A program made the translations under genes and the position numbers. From Octopus sinensis (taxonomy: Eukaryota): a stretch of 64,000 bases of DNA. Position 1 is the stretch's first letter. The number at the start of each line of letters is the position of its first letter. This document shows positions 15,648 to 29,449 of this stretch, one piece after another. Where the stretch lies: the NCBI RefSeq assembly GCF_006345805.1, contig NC_042998.1, positions 188,914,001-188,978,000 of the forward strand, in the 5' to 3' direction. Under the pieces are notes generated by a model that saw only the letters and a list, made by a program, of their open reading frames with translations, did no database searches and was not told where the DNA came from.

Positions 15648-16021
15648 TAGGCTCGAGCGTAGGCTCGAAACGTAAAAGACTTTTTCAATTCCTGAGCGTT
15701 ATACTAATACGTCTGTTTGTTTTCTACACCACCTGTCTTCGTCTTGTTTTTTTCGTGAATTCTCCCTATGTATGTATGTATGCATGCATGCATGTGTGTA
15801 TGTATGTGTGTATGTATGTATGTATGTATGTATGTATGTATGTATGTATGTATGTATGTATGTATGTATGTATGTATGTATGTATGTATGTAGGCTCGAG
15901 CGTAGGCTCGAGCGTAGGCTCGAAACGTAAAAGACTTTTTCAATTCCTGAGCGTTATACTAATACGTCTGTTTGTTTTCTACACCACCTGTCTTCGTCTT
16001 GTTTTTTTCGTGAATTCTCCC
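15648..16021 (+). mobile_element. Two tandem copies of a ~120-130-bp mini-element with the 3' half of a hammerhead, separated by (TATG)n
   Basis: 15648-15766 and 15891-16021 are nearly identical. Each begins GAGC-GTAG-GCTC-GAAACGTA-AAAGAC. Confidence 0.6.
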
Positions 16022-16692
16022 TATGTATGTATGTATGCATGCATGTATGTGTGTATGTATGTGTGTATGTATGTATGGATGGATGGATGGATGGATGGAT
16101 GGATGGATGGATGGATGGATGGATGGATGGATGGGTGGATGGATGTATATATGTATGTATGTATGTAGGTATGTATAGTGCACAACATATTTTCCTCTGA
16201 GTCGAATTTTATGCCACAGTATCACTTCATCAGTCTCTCCTTCTCTTTCTCTCTCTCTCTCTTTCTTTCTCTTTCTGATGACGGTATACGGTCATGCTAC
16301 TATCTTACTTTCTGGCACTCAGGGAAGGGGCAATTTAACTCATGTTCCAGAATATATCGGGTCGAACCTCTAATATATTTATAATCGTCATTAGTACTCG
16401 TTTGTCAATTTTTTTCCCCACATGTATATGTCACGTTTGTAATGGTGAACACTTTATAAGTTTTCCATGTAAGTCGATTTTTCGCGCCATAGTATGGTTT
16501 TCGAAATTCATACACTTCCATCTTCAATGCTGTGCACGATTTCTGTTACATAAACTAATACTGGGCATCGAGTTGTATTACCATACGCGTCTTAAGGAAC
16601 ATATAGACATATATATATAAATGTAATTTTATTATTACATAGTGTAATTATATACAATATACATACATATACATGTATACATATATGTATAC

Positions 16693-16729
<37 letters not shown>

Positions 16730-16759
16730 ATATATATAATATATATATATATATATATA

Positions 16760-16900
16760 GTTAATCCAAACAAGAAAGCACAAAAAACACAACAACGCGA
16801 GGACGTGGAACAAATATAGTATTATTGGAAGCTCAGGAAAGAAGGAAAGAAGGAAGGTTTAACGTTTCGAGCGGAGCTCTTCGTCGGAAACATAGGAGAA

Positions 16901-16901
<1 letters not shown>
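16760..16901 (-). mobile_element. Short hammerhead-bearing mini-retroelement (Penelope pLTR-like or non-LTR retrozyme-like)
   Basis: ~140-bp unique segment between (TA)n tracts. It contains a minimal hammerhead at 16857-16891 and resembles 15648-15766. Confidence 0.6.
16857..16891 (-). ncRNA. Minimal type I hammerhead ribozyme with a U4C core variant
   Basis: Minus strand reads GUUU-CCGACGA-A-GAGC-UCC-GCUC-GAAA-CG-UU|AAAC: 4-bp stem I, 4-bp stem II and a loopless palindromic stem III. Confidence 0.65.
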
Positions 16902-16938
<37 letters not shown>

Positions 16939-16981
16939 TTATACACATGTACATATATATGCATGTATGTATGTGTATATA

Positions 16982-17039
<58 letters not shown>

Positions 17040-19866
17040 GATTTTGCTCATCAGAATCTATATTATACAGAAATTATATTCCTCAGAATCCATGTATGAC
17101 ATGATAATATTAGCAAGAACATAGAAAAAAATGCTCTTGCTAATATCATCATGTTACACATGCGTTTCTGATTAGTATAATTTTTACAAATCATCTGGGT
17201 TTTAATATTCTCAAAAAAAAGTGTTATTATATTCCAGTATTTTCCACATAAACAGACAGCCTTCTATAAACAAATAATATCGGGTGAAAAGAAGTGGCAA
17301 CTTTTTGTAATTTCCTGCAAATAAATAGTTAAATCATTAGTTCTTAACACCGTGATGTATTTTGTAGATTGTTTTATAATTGAGCGTATTTATTCTGCAA
17401 GAATTCAAATAACTTACTATACAGGCATGCCGTCGTGTACAGATAAATCTAGATTCGTTAGTTTCGCATTAATTATCCCCAGACAAGCAAAATTCCTAGA
17501 CATATATGTCTTCTTTGACAAGTGGAGGTTATATTCAATGTAGCAATGATTTTGGTTAGTTTCTGAAATTAATTACTCCTATGTTATTTCTCAGTAAGAT
17601 ATCCTCTCTAACTTTTTTTTTTAGTTTATCGGTTTTGTTTCAGGAATTTTCCAAAATTTATTCATTCTTATATATTTCATGGTTTGTTAGATCGCACGAG
17701 TGGATCGTGTTTGTGTTATGTATTTTTGCATGCGTGAATACATGTTGGTATGAGTTTGTATGAATAGGTGTTTGTAAATGTGTATGTAACATGTGTTCCG
17801 TATGAGCGTATTTATGCCCTTATACGCCCTTTGTAGATTTATTATATTTTCCGAGTTACTTTGGTTTCTTTCTCAGCTTAAAATTTTAAATTTTAATTAC
17901 ATCGTTGCTCATTACGATTTGCTTTATAGATAGCTACCGTTTACAACTTGTCCGGGACTCATAAATATTTAGAAACTATAGACAATAGACGGTGGTTATA
18001 TTGAACTTTCCTGAGTTAGATAATTAAATTATATCTCTTATATGTTCAATAATTAGTTTTTTTAATAGTGCCTCATTTCAAAACCATTGATTTTTCTTTA
18101 AAGTGTTTTGATAAAAACTGGAATATCCATCCGACGAGGATAAGCATTAATTAATTCGGAACTGAGACGACAGAAAGATAATAATGTATATATTTGTTTA
18201 AACACTATTATTAATTCAAGTTCACATCTTATGAATTATCAATTATTGCAGGTTTCGAGGTTGCATTTACTTTGTATTTCAAGTGTTTACTTTTTACCTG
18301 AATTCCTAAGAACAAGGTAACATTCATCACATAATTACGAAGCGATTTTTGTGACAAAGATTGTCATTTCCTTCATAGATGAATTTTATGTATGATATTC
18401 GAAGCGTTTCTATAACCACAAATAGTGGGACGAACATCACAGGATATGGTCATGGACGAGGGAAGAATTGATTGACACAGTTTCTTCATTATGGAAAAGT
18501 ATTCCTATCTATATTTTACTTCATCAGTCAAAAGTTACATTTATCTAATGGGATAAAAGTTATCGCACTTGGAGTTGAGAATGACTCCTCATTAAAACAG
18601 ATTATTTTCTTTATTTCTACAATAGCGCTTCATCAAATCAAAACGCTTCCTCAAAAACGCTTCATCAAAAAAGCTACTTCAAATCAGTACTTTCTCTCTA
18701 TAACCAGAAAAGAGCCAATGAGATTAAGATCGTAGGATGCTGTATTACTAGTTACATTATATTTAAAAGTAAGAGGAGATGGTTACAGTCAGAACGCCTT
18801 TGCTCATAGGTCATAAATAATGGTGCCTGGATGTTTCAACTGTGTAACTATTTTCCAATTATCTAGTCAACTGTTGTGACACTCATGAAAAACACTCGAC
18901 AATTGTACTTAATTCCGTCATAATGAAGTAATTTAAGGTTTAAGTTGCTTGTCTATATAGCAACCATTGTTCCAGTTATACTTAACTACCACTAATTTTA
19001 TCGTATGTAATAATTCATCGAGCCAAGGTAAACTTTCCGTATGTGTATTGAAACTGACCACATTGGCCTGTTGTCTCAAATATTCCAACCTTTTTACCTC
19101 TTCCCTCACCATGGTAACGGTTGCCAATTTTAGAATCTGGGCTCGAGCATTTCATTAAACAAATGATTCAAAAAACTCTTTGTTAAATTACACAATCACT
19201 TCTCTTCCCTGGTTAGTCTAAGCACTGCAGTACAAAATGTAGATTTGCATTAGGTCCCCCTAATCGACAAAACAGATACTAACCACGAACGTTTCATTAG
19301 TCTTTATCCAGTTCATTTTCTAAAACTTCTCTCGTGTTTAGGAAAGGAACCGTTATTCATAAGTTAAACAGTAAACCAAACTGACTACTGCCCTGAACTG
19401 ACATATTTTCAATCAGCATTAAAGAAAGTAAAGTAATCCATCAACTTTATTGTTAGCGCTGAAATAAGTTTAGTATCTCTCGGTTGTTAACGATATATGA
19501 GTGCGTGGTGCGATGTACTTGTGCTACTTACAGTTCAAGTTGCTCTCTCTGGAAACTTTTGACAGTAAGCCCTTATTAACGACTTTATTACGACCGTAAT
19601 TTATAACGCGAATGCCAACTTAATAAAACCTTGTTATTTATTAATTGTTCAAACTGTTCGCATGGCAAGAGAATTGAAAAAGGACGAGAAGAATCCGATC
19701 AATGAAATATAATTTACTTAAAATTGCGTTCCTATCCACAATTCCATAAATATTTTAATGCATGTAGTCGATACCATGACCACAGTTTTGTTCAGTGATA
19801 ACCTACACTATGAAAAGTTTGATAAAACCCAATGTAGATATTGGTGACGCAGTGTCTTGAAAACAA

Positions 19867-19905
<39 letters not shown>

Positions 19906-20031
19906 CACAGTGCATCACATTTATACGTAATTTCATCCGAGTGGAAATTATCAGACTACCGAGGATTTCCTGCCCAAGCTGAATATCTACATACATACAT
20001 ACATACATACATACATACATACATACATACA

Positions 20032-20065
<34 letters not shown>

Positions 20066-21146
20066 CATACATAAAGAATATAAAGAGCTCAACAATAGAT
20101 ATAAAGCCACATGCATACAGATAAAGAGAGAGAGTTTCTTCTCATTTTGAGAAAAACCATATCTTTTAAATTACTGAATTTTCACTGACCAACAGGGCCT
20201 GGTTTCCTTTTTATCTTATCTTGTTTACATTTTAATCCTTTGACGCGTATCGGTTTTTGTAGCCTCTTATCAGTATCAATTTCCATCAGGACAGAGAAGT
20301 AAAATATCAAACGATAAAACAAAATTGTCTGAATTGATAAACGAAAGCAGTTTAAATAAGTAGATTATGATATGAAAAATTACTACACATTATAATACCC
20401 TACCAAAATCCATTATTTCAAATGGAGCGGAAACACAACCAATTGAATCTTATGAAAAATTCAGTATTGTTTCCGGTTGGATAATTAGCTAATTTCTTCA
20501 CCTTCCAATAATATAAACATTTCTATTTAATGACCTCCAAAATAGATTCCACTCAAATCAATTCTCAAGTGATCTATTGAACATCATCACTAAATTAGCG
20601 TCTGTGAGAAAAAAATGTCTTTAATTATAATTACTATGAAAAGAATAGCTCTTGTGATGCGGTTGGTTGAGAATCAGTTCCGGGTACGTTACTCTATATC
20701 AAGATGTAATTTTCTGAACCGAGTTCAAGTTCATTATGATCCCTCTCTCAAAAGTCAAAATAAATTCCAGAAATATGGTAAGAGATCAAGTTTTCGTACT
20801 TTGTACGATGGCATAGTATATTTTATCACCTCAGATGTATAATTGACGTTGTTTTATTTTTGAACATAGAATTTTAAAGTCTGTCGTTCTATCGCTTCTC
20901 TCTACACTTTACTTAGCAACAAAGCTCTTTGTGGTCGCTTGTCTTATTGGGAACACCAGAGGAACTTCTCTCAAGATCACGTGCTAATGTCTTAAAACAG
21001 GGAAGATGACATGTAATCAGGATGGTATAGACCTGGAGACATTATATCTTAAACAAAGATAGAATGATTTTGGCTAAAATACCTTCGTAAGTAGATCCAC
21101 ACAATCAATCAGAAATTACCAAGGAATAAACGACAACACTCTAGTA

Positions 21147-21148
21147 AC

Positions 21149-21226
<78 letters not shown>

Positions 21227-21622
21227 ATATATACATATACATATACATATATAAACATATATATATATATGCATACATACATACACACACACACATACAT
21301 ACATACATACATACATACATACATACGTACATACATACGGACATACATACGTACATACATACATACATACACACATACATACATACATACATATACATAT
21401 ACATATATAAACATATATATATATATGCATACATACATACACACACACACATACATACATACATACATACATACATACATACATACATACGTACATACAT
21501 ACGGACATACATACGTACATACATACATACATACACACATACATACATACATACATACATACATACATACATACATACATACATACATACACACATACAT
21601 ACATACATATACATACATACAT
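21147..21622. repeat. Compound (TA)/(CATA) microsatellite with an internal ~170-bp duplication
   Basis: The variant blocks CGTACATACATACGGACATAC and TAAACATATATATATATGC each occur twice. Confidence 0.9.
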
Positions 21623-24600
21623 AATCTCTTTAAATCCACATTGTTGACTTATAGGCCTAGAGTTTTGTACATAGCACTTATCAAACTTCTAAGTTTGATA
21701 AATGCTATGCATGAAACTCTAGACTCTCGAGTAACCTATGTAATTTTACAGCTAATAAATAAAGAAATAAACATAATTATATGCATGTTTATATCAGAAA
21801 CTTATACCAAAATCATAAATTCCCAGCAGCCTGAGCTGTGAATCAGTTGAAATTGCTTGTGGAAGATTATTTCAATTGACCTCATCAGCATTTGCTTTAT
21901 GATGAAAACAATGGTTGTCACAACGACCCGTTTTCTTCCTCCTAATTACGTGTTTGTACGTGCATGTGCGCTTGCGCGACGGCGTGCGAATGCACGTCCA
22001 TTTGTAATTTACAAGATAGACTAGAATCAACTCAGATTATATTTACATATTGTTTTCTGTTGTTTCTATCATATTTTATTTTTATATCATTTAATTTTTC
22101 ATAAATACGTCGTGGTATATCCATTATGAATGATGATACTAATAAAAATGAAAAAAATACTGAAAAAACTTTTTAAATCACGTAGTATAAATGATGTGAG
22201 AATGTGTGTGTGTGTATACACACACAGATACACACAAACACAGACACACACACACACTCACACATTTATATATATCAGTACGTGTGTGTCTCTGTATGTA
22301 TAACACACGCTTGCGCGCATGCGTACACTTATGACTGCAGACAGACGAACAACATACGTGAAGCTCTATTCAACAAACCCGCAACTCTCGCCACATAGAC
22401 TTAAATGTATAGGATCGGGCTCTCCCGCGATCAATTTCTCTCTCTCACTCTCACTCTCTCTCTCCCTCCCTCCCTTCCTCTCTCTCTCTCTCTCTCTCTT
22501 CCTCTCTGTTTCCTCTCTCCCTCACTCTTATTCTCTCTCTTTTTGTCAAACACACACTGACAACACACACACACTGACAACACACACACAGGCAAACACA
22601 CACTCTGACATGACAAACATTCAAACACATATTCACTGACAGACACACGCATACACACGCACACTGACTCGTACACACAACACATACGTTCACATACGTA
22701 CGCTTGCATACACACAGATAAATACTTTATGGGCGCACAAGAGAGGATTAGCTGAAATACAACATTGTGGAGTAATTTTACTGCATTCTAAATTAGAAGG
22801 CAAACTCCCGGTATCATTGGCACCAAATTGTTAGCTTCCCTCACTACTTATGCAAGCGTATACCTCATAGATCTGACTCTTGTCCAGACTTTTCTATTCT
22901 GTTACCATTCTAACAGTTTAATGATTAATAAATAACAAATCCTTATGAAGTTGACATTCAAGTAATAAATTACAGCCATGACAACAACGTTATTAAGAGT
23001 TTTCTGACAAGAGGTTGTAGAGAAAGAAAAAAAATTCGAATGCAGCTATAATGTGTATGGATGTGTGTGTATTTGAACGCTTGTGTGTAAACACATACAC
23101 ACATACACAAGCACATAGTTAAAATTAGGCTTCTTTATATGCATAAATCAACAAACATTGATTGAATAAAGGACTCAGTAAATTGTGTCGAGAGTAATGT
23201 TTATCATAATTTTATTGACTGTAACTTCGAAGTTTGGTCGGATCATAGCTAATTCATACTAGCTGGCTCTGACGAATAAAATTTCAAAAATTGGCTCGGA
23301 AACATGTAAACGCGAGGGCCTGAATCACCATGTGTAAAACGATAATGCATATAGTTCGGCAATGTTTAATATAATATCATCAGATGCTATATTCTTTAGT
23401 AATGAAATCTATGGATTTAAACCGAGTAGATAATGTATATGCATCAGTTTATCCTTGTTCTGTCTTATAGGAAATCACACACGTAAATACTTTTGACTGC
23501 CGGTTGAAGACAATTGTATAACAAAATCACACTGATTGTCTGTCTTATCTTATTTAGTCCTTTTCTGCTGTGAACTAAAATAGAGTCTGGATCGACTTCA
23601 TCTTTTTTATTCTATAAAATATGTCCTTCTATAAAATATATCCTGAGTATTTAAAAGCAATTAAGGTTTACGATATGGTTTTTACCCACTTCTTTTTTTT
23701 TTCCTTACTTTCTGATGGAGCTAATTAAAAGTCACCCTACTGATTAGCCTTTTGCTTTATGTTGCACATATCCAGCAACGAATCTTTTCTGCCACTCCTC
23801 TAAGTATGTGTCTAGCTGAGCCGTAATTTGTAATTCTAAACTGAACTTCACTTTCTGTTGTGATATGAAGGCAATTTATAGTTTCTTTGTTACAAAATAT
23901 ATATGGCTGTAGAGCAAAAAGTACGATTTTTTGTTTTTCTCAGTTAAAGCCTTTCTCTTATTCAACCAACACAATAAAACGAACGTTGCAATTTACTATT
24001 TAAATGTCAGAATCCATCCCTTTCAGATTTATTACGTTTGTGGCTATTCAAAAGAACTCATTATTATCCAAATGTTTTCTTAAATTTCCTTGGAGAAGCT
24101 GAACCTGCTTTTAGTAAAAATTTTCAGTTATTCCATACCAACTATAAGCAACTGTTATCTTACACGTAAAAAAAAAAACTACAAATGTACACAATATTTA
24201 CTTAAAGAAGCTTGAGAATGTAATTAATTGATAATTCATTTTATCGTAGCTTCTAAATATAGATCGTATCTAGATACACACAGTGAGAAGGATGTGGGCA
24301 GATTTTGCTAAATGAATATCCTGATTTCTCTGTTTACATCGTTTTAGTTGAATGATTGCATCTATAAATGAAAATAAAATAGAAACTAGATTAACGGCGG
24401 TTGGCATTTGCAAAATATACAAATCTGCTGTGAATGTTGATTGACAAAAATCAATGTTTTTCGAGTGTGTCTCCTAGCTACCTGATGCATTTCCTGCGGT
24501 GTACTTGATCGCTTACCTGTAAACCGACCTGTTAAACACCAAGCCAACCAACTTGCCTACAGTGAAATTTATAGTCAGTAATGTGCTAACCGTTTTCCTG

Positions 24601-25179
24601 GAATAAGAGCATGGCTGAATGGGTTTAGGAACTTCCCCCATGTTACTGACAGCGATTAACAATAATTATTGTAAATATCGATTACATATTACTTCAAGTT
24701 GCTGTGTATCTCTAAACGCAAACATGCAATCATAGAACTACAGGTGCCATATTGCATGCTTATAGTTATATTTAGACTGTAAAAATAGGTACGTGGTCAT
24801 CATTATCTACTCATGTATGTACTACTGGTCATATTTGTTATAAAAGGAGAATCTGACTGGATTCTTTTTAAGATGTCTGTAACTACTTAGTAGGAGTTCA
24901 GAAATTAGGAATTCACAGGTAAGCCTGCTTGTATAGACATGTTTCATCTGGCTTGCAATACAAGATTTTTCTCACATAAATAGAACACAATAAACTATTT
25001 CACTTTTTGTGTATCTGTAATTTTATCAGAATTCGCCCCAGTCCTTTTTTTTTAATTTGGTACTTATTTTATCGGTGTTTTTCGCCGAACTGCAAAGTTA
25101 CGGCGACGTAAACACATCGACACCGGTAGTCAAGCGTGATGGAGAACAAACTCAATCACAAAGACACACACAGAGATAT

Positions 25180-25186
25180 GCATGCA

Positions 25187-25222
<36 letters not shown>

Positions 25223-25241
25223 TGTATGTATGTATGTATAT

Positions 25242-25313
<72 letters not shown>

Positions 25314-25434
25314 CATATCTATATGGATGTTTATATATATATGCATATATATGCATATATGTATATATATTTATGTATATATACACACACACATACACAT
25401 ATGTATACACGTATACACACACACATACATACAT

Positions 25435-25483
<49 letters not shown>

Positions 25484-25529
25484 CAGACAGACTGACAGAC
25501 AGACAGACAGACAGACAGACAGATAGACG

Positions 25530-25625
<96 letters not shown>

Positions 25626-25630
25626 TATCA
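25180..25630. repeat. Compound microsatellite (TATG/TA/CA/GATA/GACA)
   Basis: Seen directly in the sequence. Confidence 0.95.
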
Positions 25631-26025
25631 TTAATAATTAATAGCAAAAGAAGCATTACTGATACCAAAAAGTTAGTATTTGTCTTCCGCTTGAAGCGGA
25701 TGTTTCGTTAGAACGCAGACCACTGATGTGTAAAAGTACCCGAGTATATAACCGTCCGCTTCGGCCGCCGAAGCTGTCAGATAACGTGATTCTGGTCCTG
25801 CCCTTCTCAATGACAGACGTCCAGGGCTAGACGTAACCGCCGACTCCCCCGTCAGCGATATATATAGTAACTCAGTGTGTATTCAGGTACCAGTGCGGCA
25901 AATAGCCAGTGGGCTTATTAAAAAATAATTAACAGCTACAGAACAATATTAATAGGTAATATTTATCTCTCCTTTAAAGTGGAGTTTGTGTTGGAATGTG
26001 TGTGTGTGTGTGTGTGTGCATGCTC

Positions 26026-26077
<52 letters not shown>

Positions 26078-26089
26078 TGGGGTGCGTAT

Positions 26090-26240
26090 AATGAACGGTT
26101 TCCGTCTAGCGAATCCACTCACTAGGCTTTGCCCGGTCCGAGGCTATAATAGAACACACTTGCTCAAGGAGCCACGCAGTGAGACTAAACCTGGAACCAT
26201 GTTGTTACGAAGCAAACTTCTTACCACAAAGCTACAGCAT
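26090..26240 (-). mobile_element. SINE family B head fragment (a 3' fragment lies at 25057-25170)
   Basis: GTTTCCGTCTAGCGAATCCACTCAC..GAGGCTATAATAGAACACACTTGCTCAAGG..GGAACCATG. Confidence 0.65.
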
Positions 26241-27059
26241 TCATGCATACATATACATATACATATGTATGTATGTATATACATACATGCATACATACAT
26301 ACATACATACATACATACATACATACATACATACATACATACATACATACATACATACATACATCACTGTAATTGGTGAGGGGTTTCGGTAGCTTGCAAT
26401 GCTGAGGACAAGTGAGCAGTAAAAATATAACTATACGGGAACAAAGATGATATCGGGAGACTAAGAGACAAACAAAGAAAACGTAAGGGTGAGCAGATTT
26501 CAGGTAGCAGTGCTATCTCTCATTGGTCAGAAATGCTGAATCTTTAAATAGAAGACGCGTTGAAGAGATTAAAAAGATTATTGACTGCTTAGTAATGTTT
26601 AGTGAAGGATGATTACAAGCCAACTGTCAGTGAATTTCCTAAAAGTACCTGGGATGTTCAATAACCGAACTGTCCAACATTTGTAGTAATACCTTACTGA
26701 TCAAACATGAATACATTTGTCTGACGGAATGTAGTGGTTCAAAGAACATTTTATCATCTCAGCAATAAAAGATGTAGTTCTACTTCTTTTATATGTACAG
26801 AATAGTATGGGGAACAGAGACACTCAGGGAGTATCACTCGTATTTAGGAAATAACAATAACATTATTTAGGACTTGTTCTACCTAAACACAGGTAAGGAT
26901 ATAGAATAGGGAAAGAGAACTGAAATAATTTCAGTATAATGCCAAAATATGTATTGGTACATACTTGATCGATACTTGAAGGATTAAAGACAATTGACAA
27001 CTCTGTTATTCGAATCGAGAGTGAAATAAAGTAAGGTATTTGATTCATTGTCTTACATT

Positions 27060-28040
27060 TCTGGCACGGTACTGCTATATGCTGAGAATCAGCCCCTTCA
27101 GAGAATTACTACAGAAGACAAAGTTGGGAAAAGGTAAGGGAACACTGAACAACTTGCTAACATAGACGACTTGAAGTTGTTCGCAAAACGTGAGGCAGAA
27201 CTAAACAGCCTAGCCCAGTCTGTGTGGATTTTCTCGAATGATATCAAGATGGAGTTTGGACTCCCAAAATGTGCTATGATTGTGATGAGACGAGGAAAGT
27301 TTGTTAGGACAGAAGGCATATGGATACCAAGTGGTGAAATGTTGAAGGTAATTGAATCTGAATCAGGTTATAAATACTTGACAATACATGAGGCAGATGA
27401 AATTAAACACAACGATATGAATGAAAAGACAAGGAAAGAGTACCTGCGACGAGTGAGAAAAATATTGAGTTCAAAGCTGAATGCCAGAAACATAATTTCG
27501 GGAAGAAAACTCCTCGCGCGCAATTTCAGTGGTTCAGTGTGGCGCTAGAATCCTGAAGTGGACAGAGAAGAAGTTAAAGGAGTTGAACAAGAAGACAAGA
27601 AAGTTTCTAAAGATACACGGAGCCCATCATCCTCGTGCAGACACTTATCGCCTATACACGAAGAGAGCAAGTGAACGAAGGGGGACTGATAAGTGTGGAA
27701 GATTGCGTACGTATCGAACTCTGGAGTTTAATGAGGTACGTATTCCAAAGTAATAAACCTTGCTAGTGTCAGTTAGGAATGAAGGATTTTTGAAAGCAGG
27801 GAAGAAAAGGGAAAATAAAAAGGACATGAAGAAACATAACGCAACAAGGGACTACACAATCAATTCCATGTAGACACAACAGAAGTAGCTGGAAAACATA
27901 GGCGGGATTCACTGAAGAAAGGAACACTGCAAAAAGATTGAGAGATCACTATACTGGCAGTACAAGACCAAGCTTTGGCCACGAATTGGAAGGTCAACCT
28001 TAGGAATGAGCAAGTATCTCCGCTGTGCTGCTTTTCTATT
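27060..28040 (+). mobile_element. R4/Dong-type non-LTR retrotransposon RT fragment
   Basis: DDLKLFAK..SNDIKMEFGLPKCA, GYKYL, KEYLRRVRKILSSKLN, HHPRADTYRLY and ILAVQDQALATN motifs; frameshifted; followed by a long (TAA)n. Confidence 0.85.
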
Positions 28041-28052
28041 ATTATTGTACAA

Positions 28053-28082
28053 ATAATAATAATGATGATAATAATGATGATG

Positions 28083-28142
<60 letters not shown>

Positions 28143-28173
28143 TAATAATAATAATATAATAATAATAATGCTG

Positions 28174-28267
<94 letters not shown>

Positions 28268-28272
28268 TAATA

Positions 28273-28309
<37 letters not shown>

Positions 28310-28528
28310 TAATAATAATAATGCTGATAATAATAATAATAATAATAGTGATGATGATGTTGATGATGATGATGTCGAATAGCTGTTATTCATTTTATTG
28401 TTTTCACATACCAACACATAAACAGCTACTATTGCACTACACCAGAAATAAATACAATTCACCAAATGGATTTAGTCATCATGATCACCACTATATCAGC
28501 ACCACTACTACCAAATCGCTGCTTCTGT

Positions 28529-28573
<45 letters not shown>

Positions 28574-28595
28574 AACTACTACTACTACTACTACA
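28053..28595. repeat. (TAA/TGA)n and (CTA)n trinucleotide arrays
   Basis: Seen directly in the sequence. Confidence 0.95.
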
Positions 28596-29217
28596 AAGGC
28601 TCTCCCATCACTTCATCATATCCCCCACCGTACCCATCGCATCTACATTATCACAAATGTAATCACCCCCAACCCAATAACCATCATTAACAACAAATCT
28701 ATAACGACTTCTGATTTTCATAACCATTACAATCATCATTTCCAGCTGAAGTATCACCATCCCAAGCTTATTTGAATATGTAACTTCCTTCTACATCCAT
28801 CATCACTCCTCTCCTTTTCTGCTCTCCATCACCATTACTGCTATCATCATTATCGCATTGCTGCGCCAATCCTTTATGAGCGTTCCTCCATATCAGCTCA
28901 GCCTCTCCCATTATTTTCACCCCTATTTCCTTCCTACTCAATCTTTTGCTATCAATAATAACATTGCCACAGCATTGACCATTAAATTCTCAGGCGTCAC
29001 TTTAACAACAAGAATAGCTGTTTAGTAAAAAGCTTGCTTCTAAACCAAATTGTTCCAGGTTCAGTCCCACAGAATTGTACCTGCTAAAGCTCCTCGACGA
29101 CTAAAGCCTCGTGAATGTATTGTATTTGTTAGACAGAAACTGAAAGAAGCCCGTTGCGTGTATCCATGTATCTTTGTTTGGTCCCCCATCACTTGATAAC
29201 CGGTATTGGTTTCGTTT

Positions 29218-29449
29218 AAGGCGGCGAGCTGGCAGAATCGTTAGCACGCCGGGCGAAATGCTTAGCGGTATTTCGTCTGTGTTACGTTGTGAGTTCAAAT
29301 TCCGCCGAGGTCGACTTTGCCTTTCATCCTTTCGGGGTCGATAAATTAAGTACCAGTTACACACTGGGGTCGATGTAATCGACTTAATACCTATGTCTGT
29401 TCTTGTTTGTCCCCTCTGTGTTTAGCCCCTTGTGGGTAATAAAGAAATA
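29218..29449 (+). mobile_element. SINE family A (tRNA-like head; core GCCTTTCATCCTTTCGGGGTCGATAAATTAAGTACCAG, resembling the Meta-SINE domain)
   Basis: Full copy with a 16-bp TSD GGTATTGGTTTCGTTT (29202-29217 and 29450-29465), inserted into a family B SINE. Confidence 0.85.

Noticed and set aside
18933-19127. 64-aa ORF MATVTMVREEVKRLEYL...
   Set aside because: Protein-like but unrecognised, with no splice or homology support.
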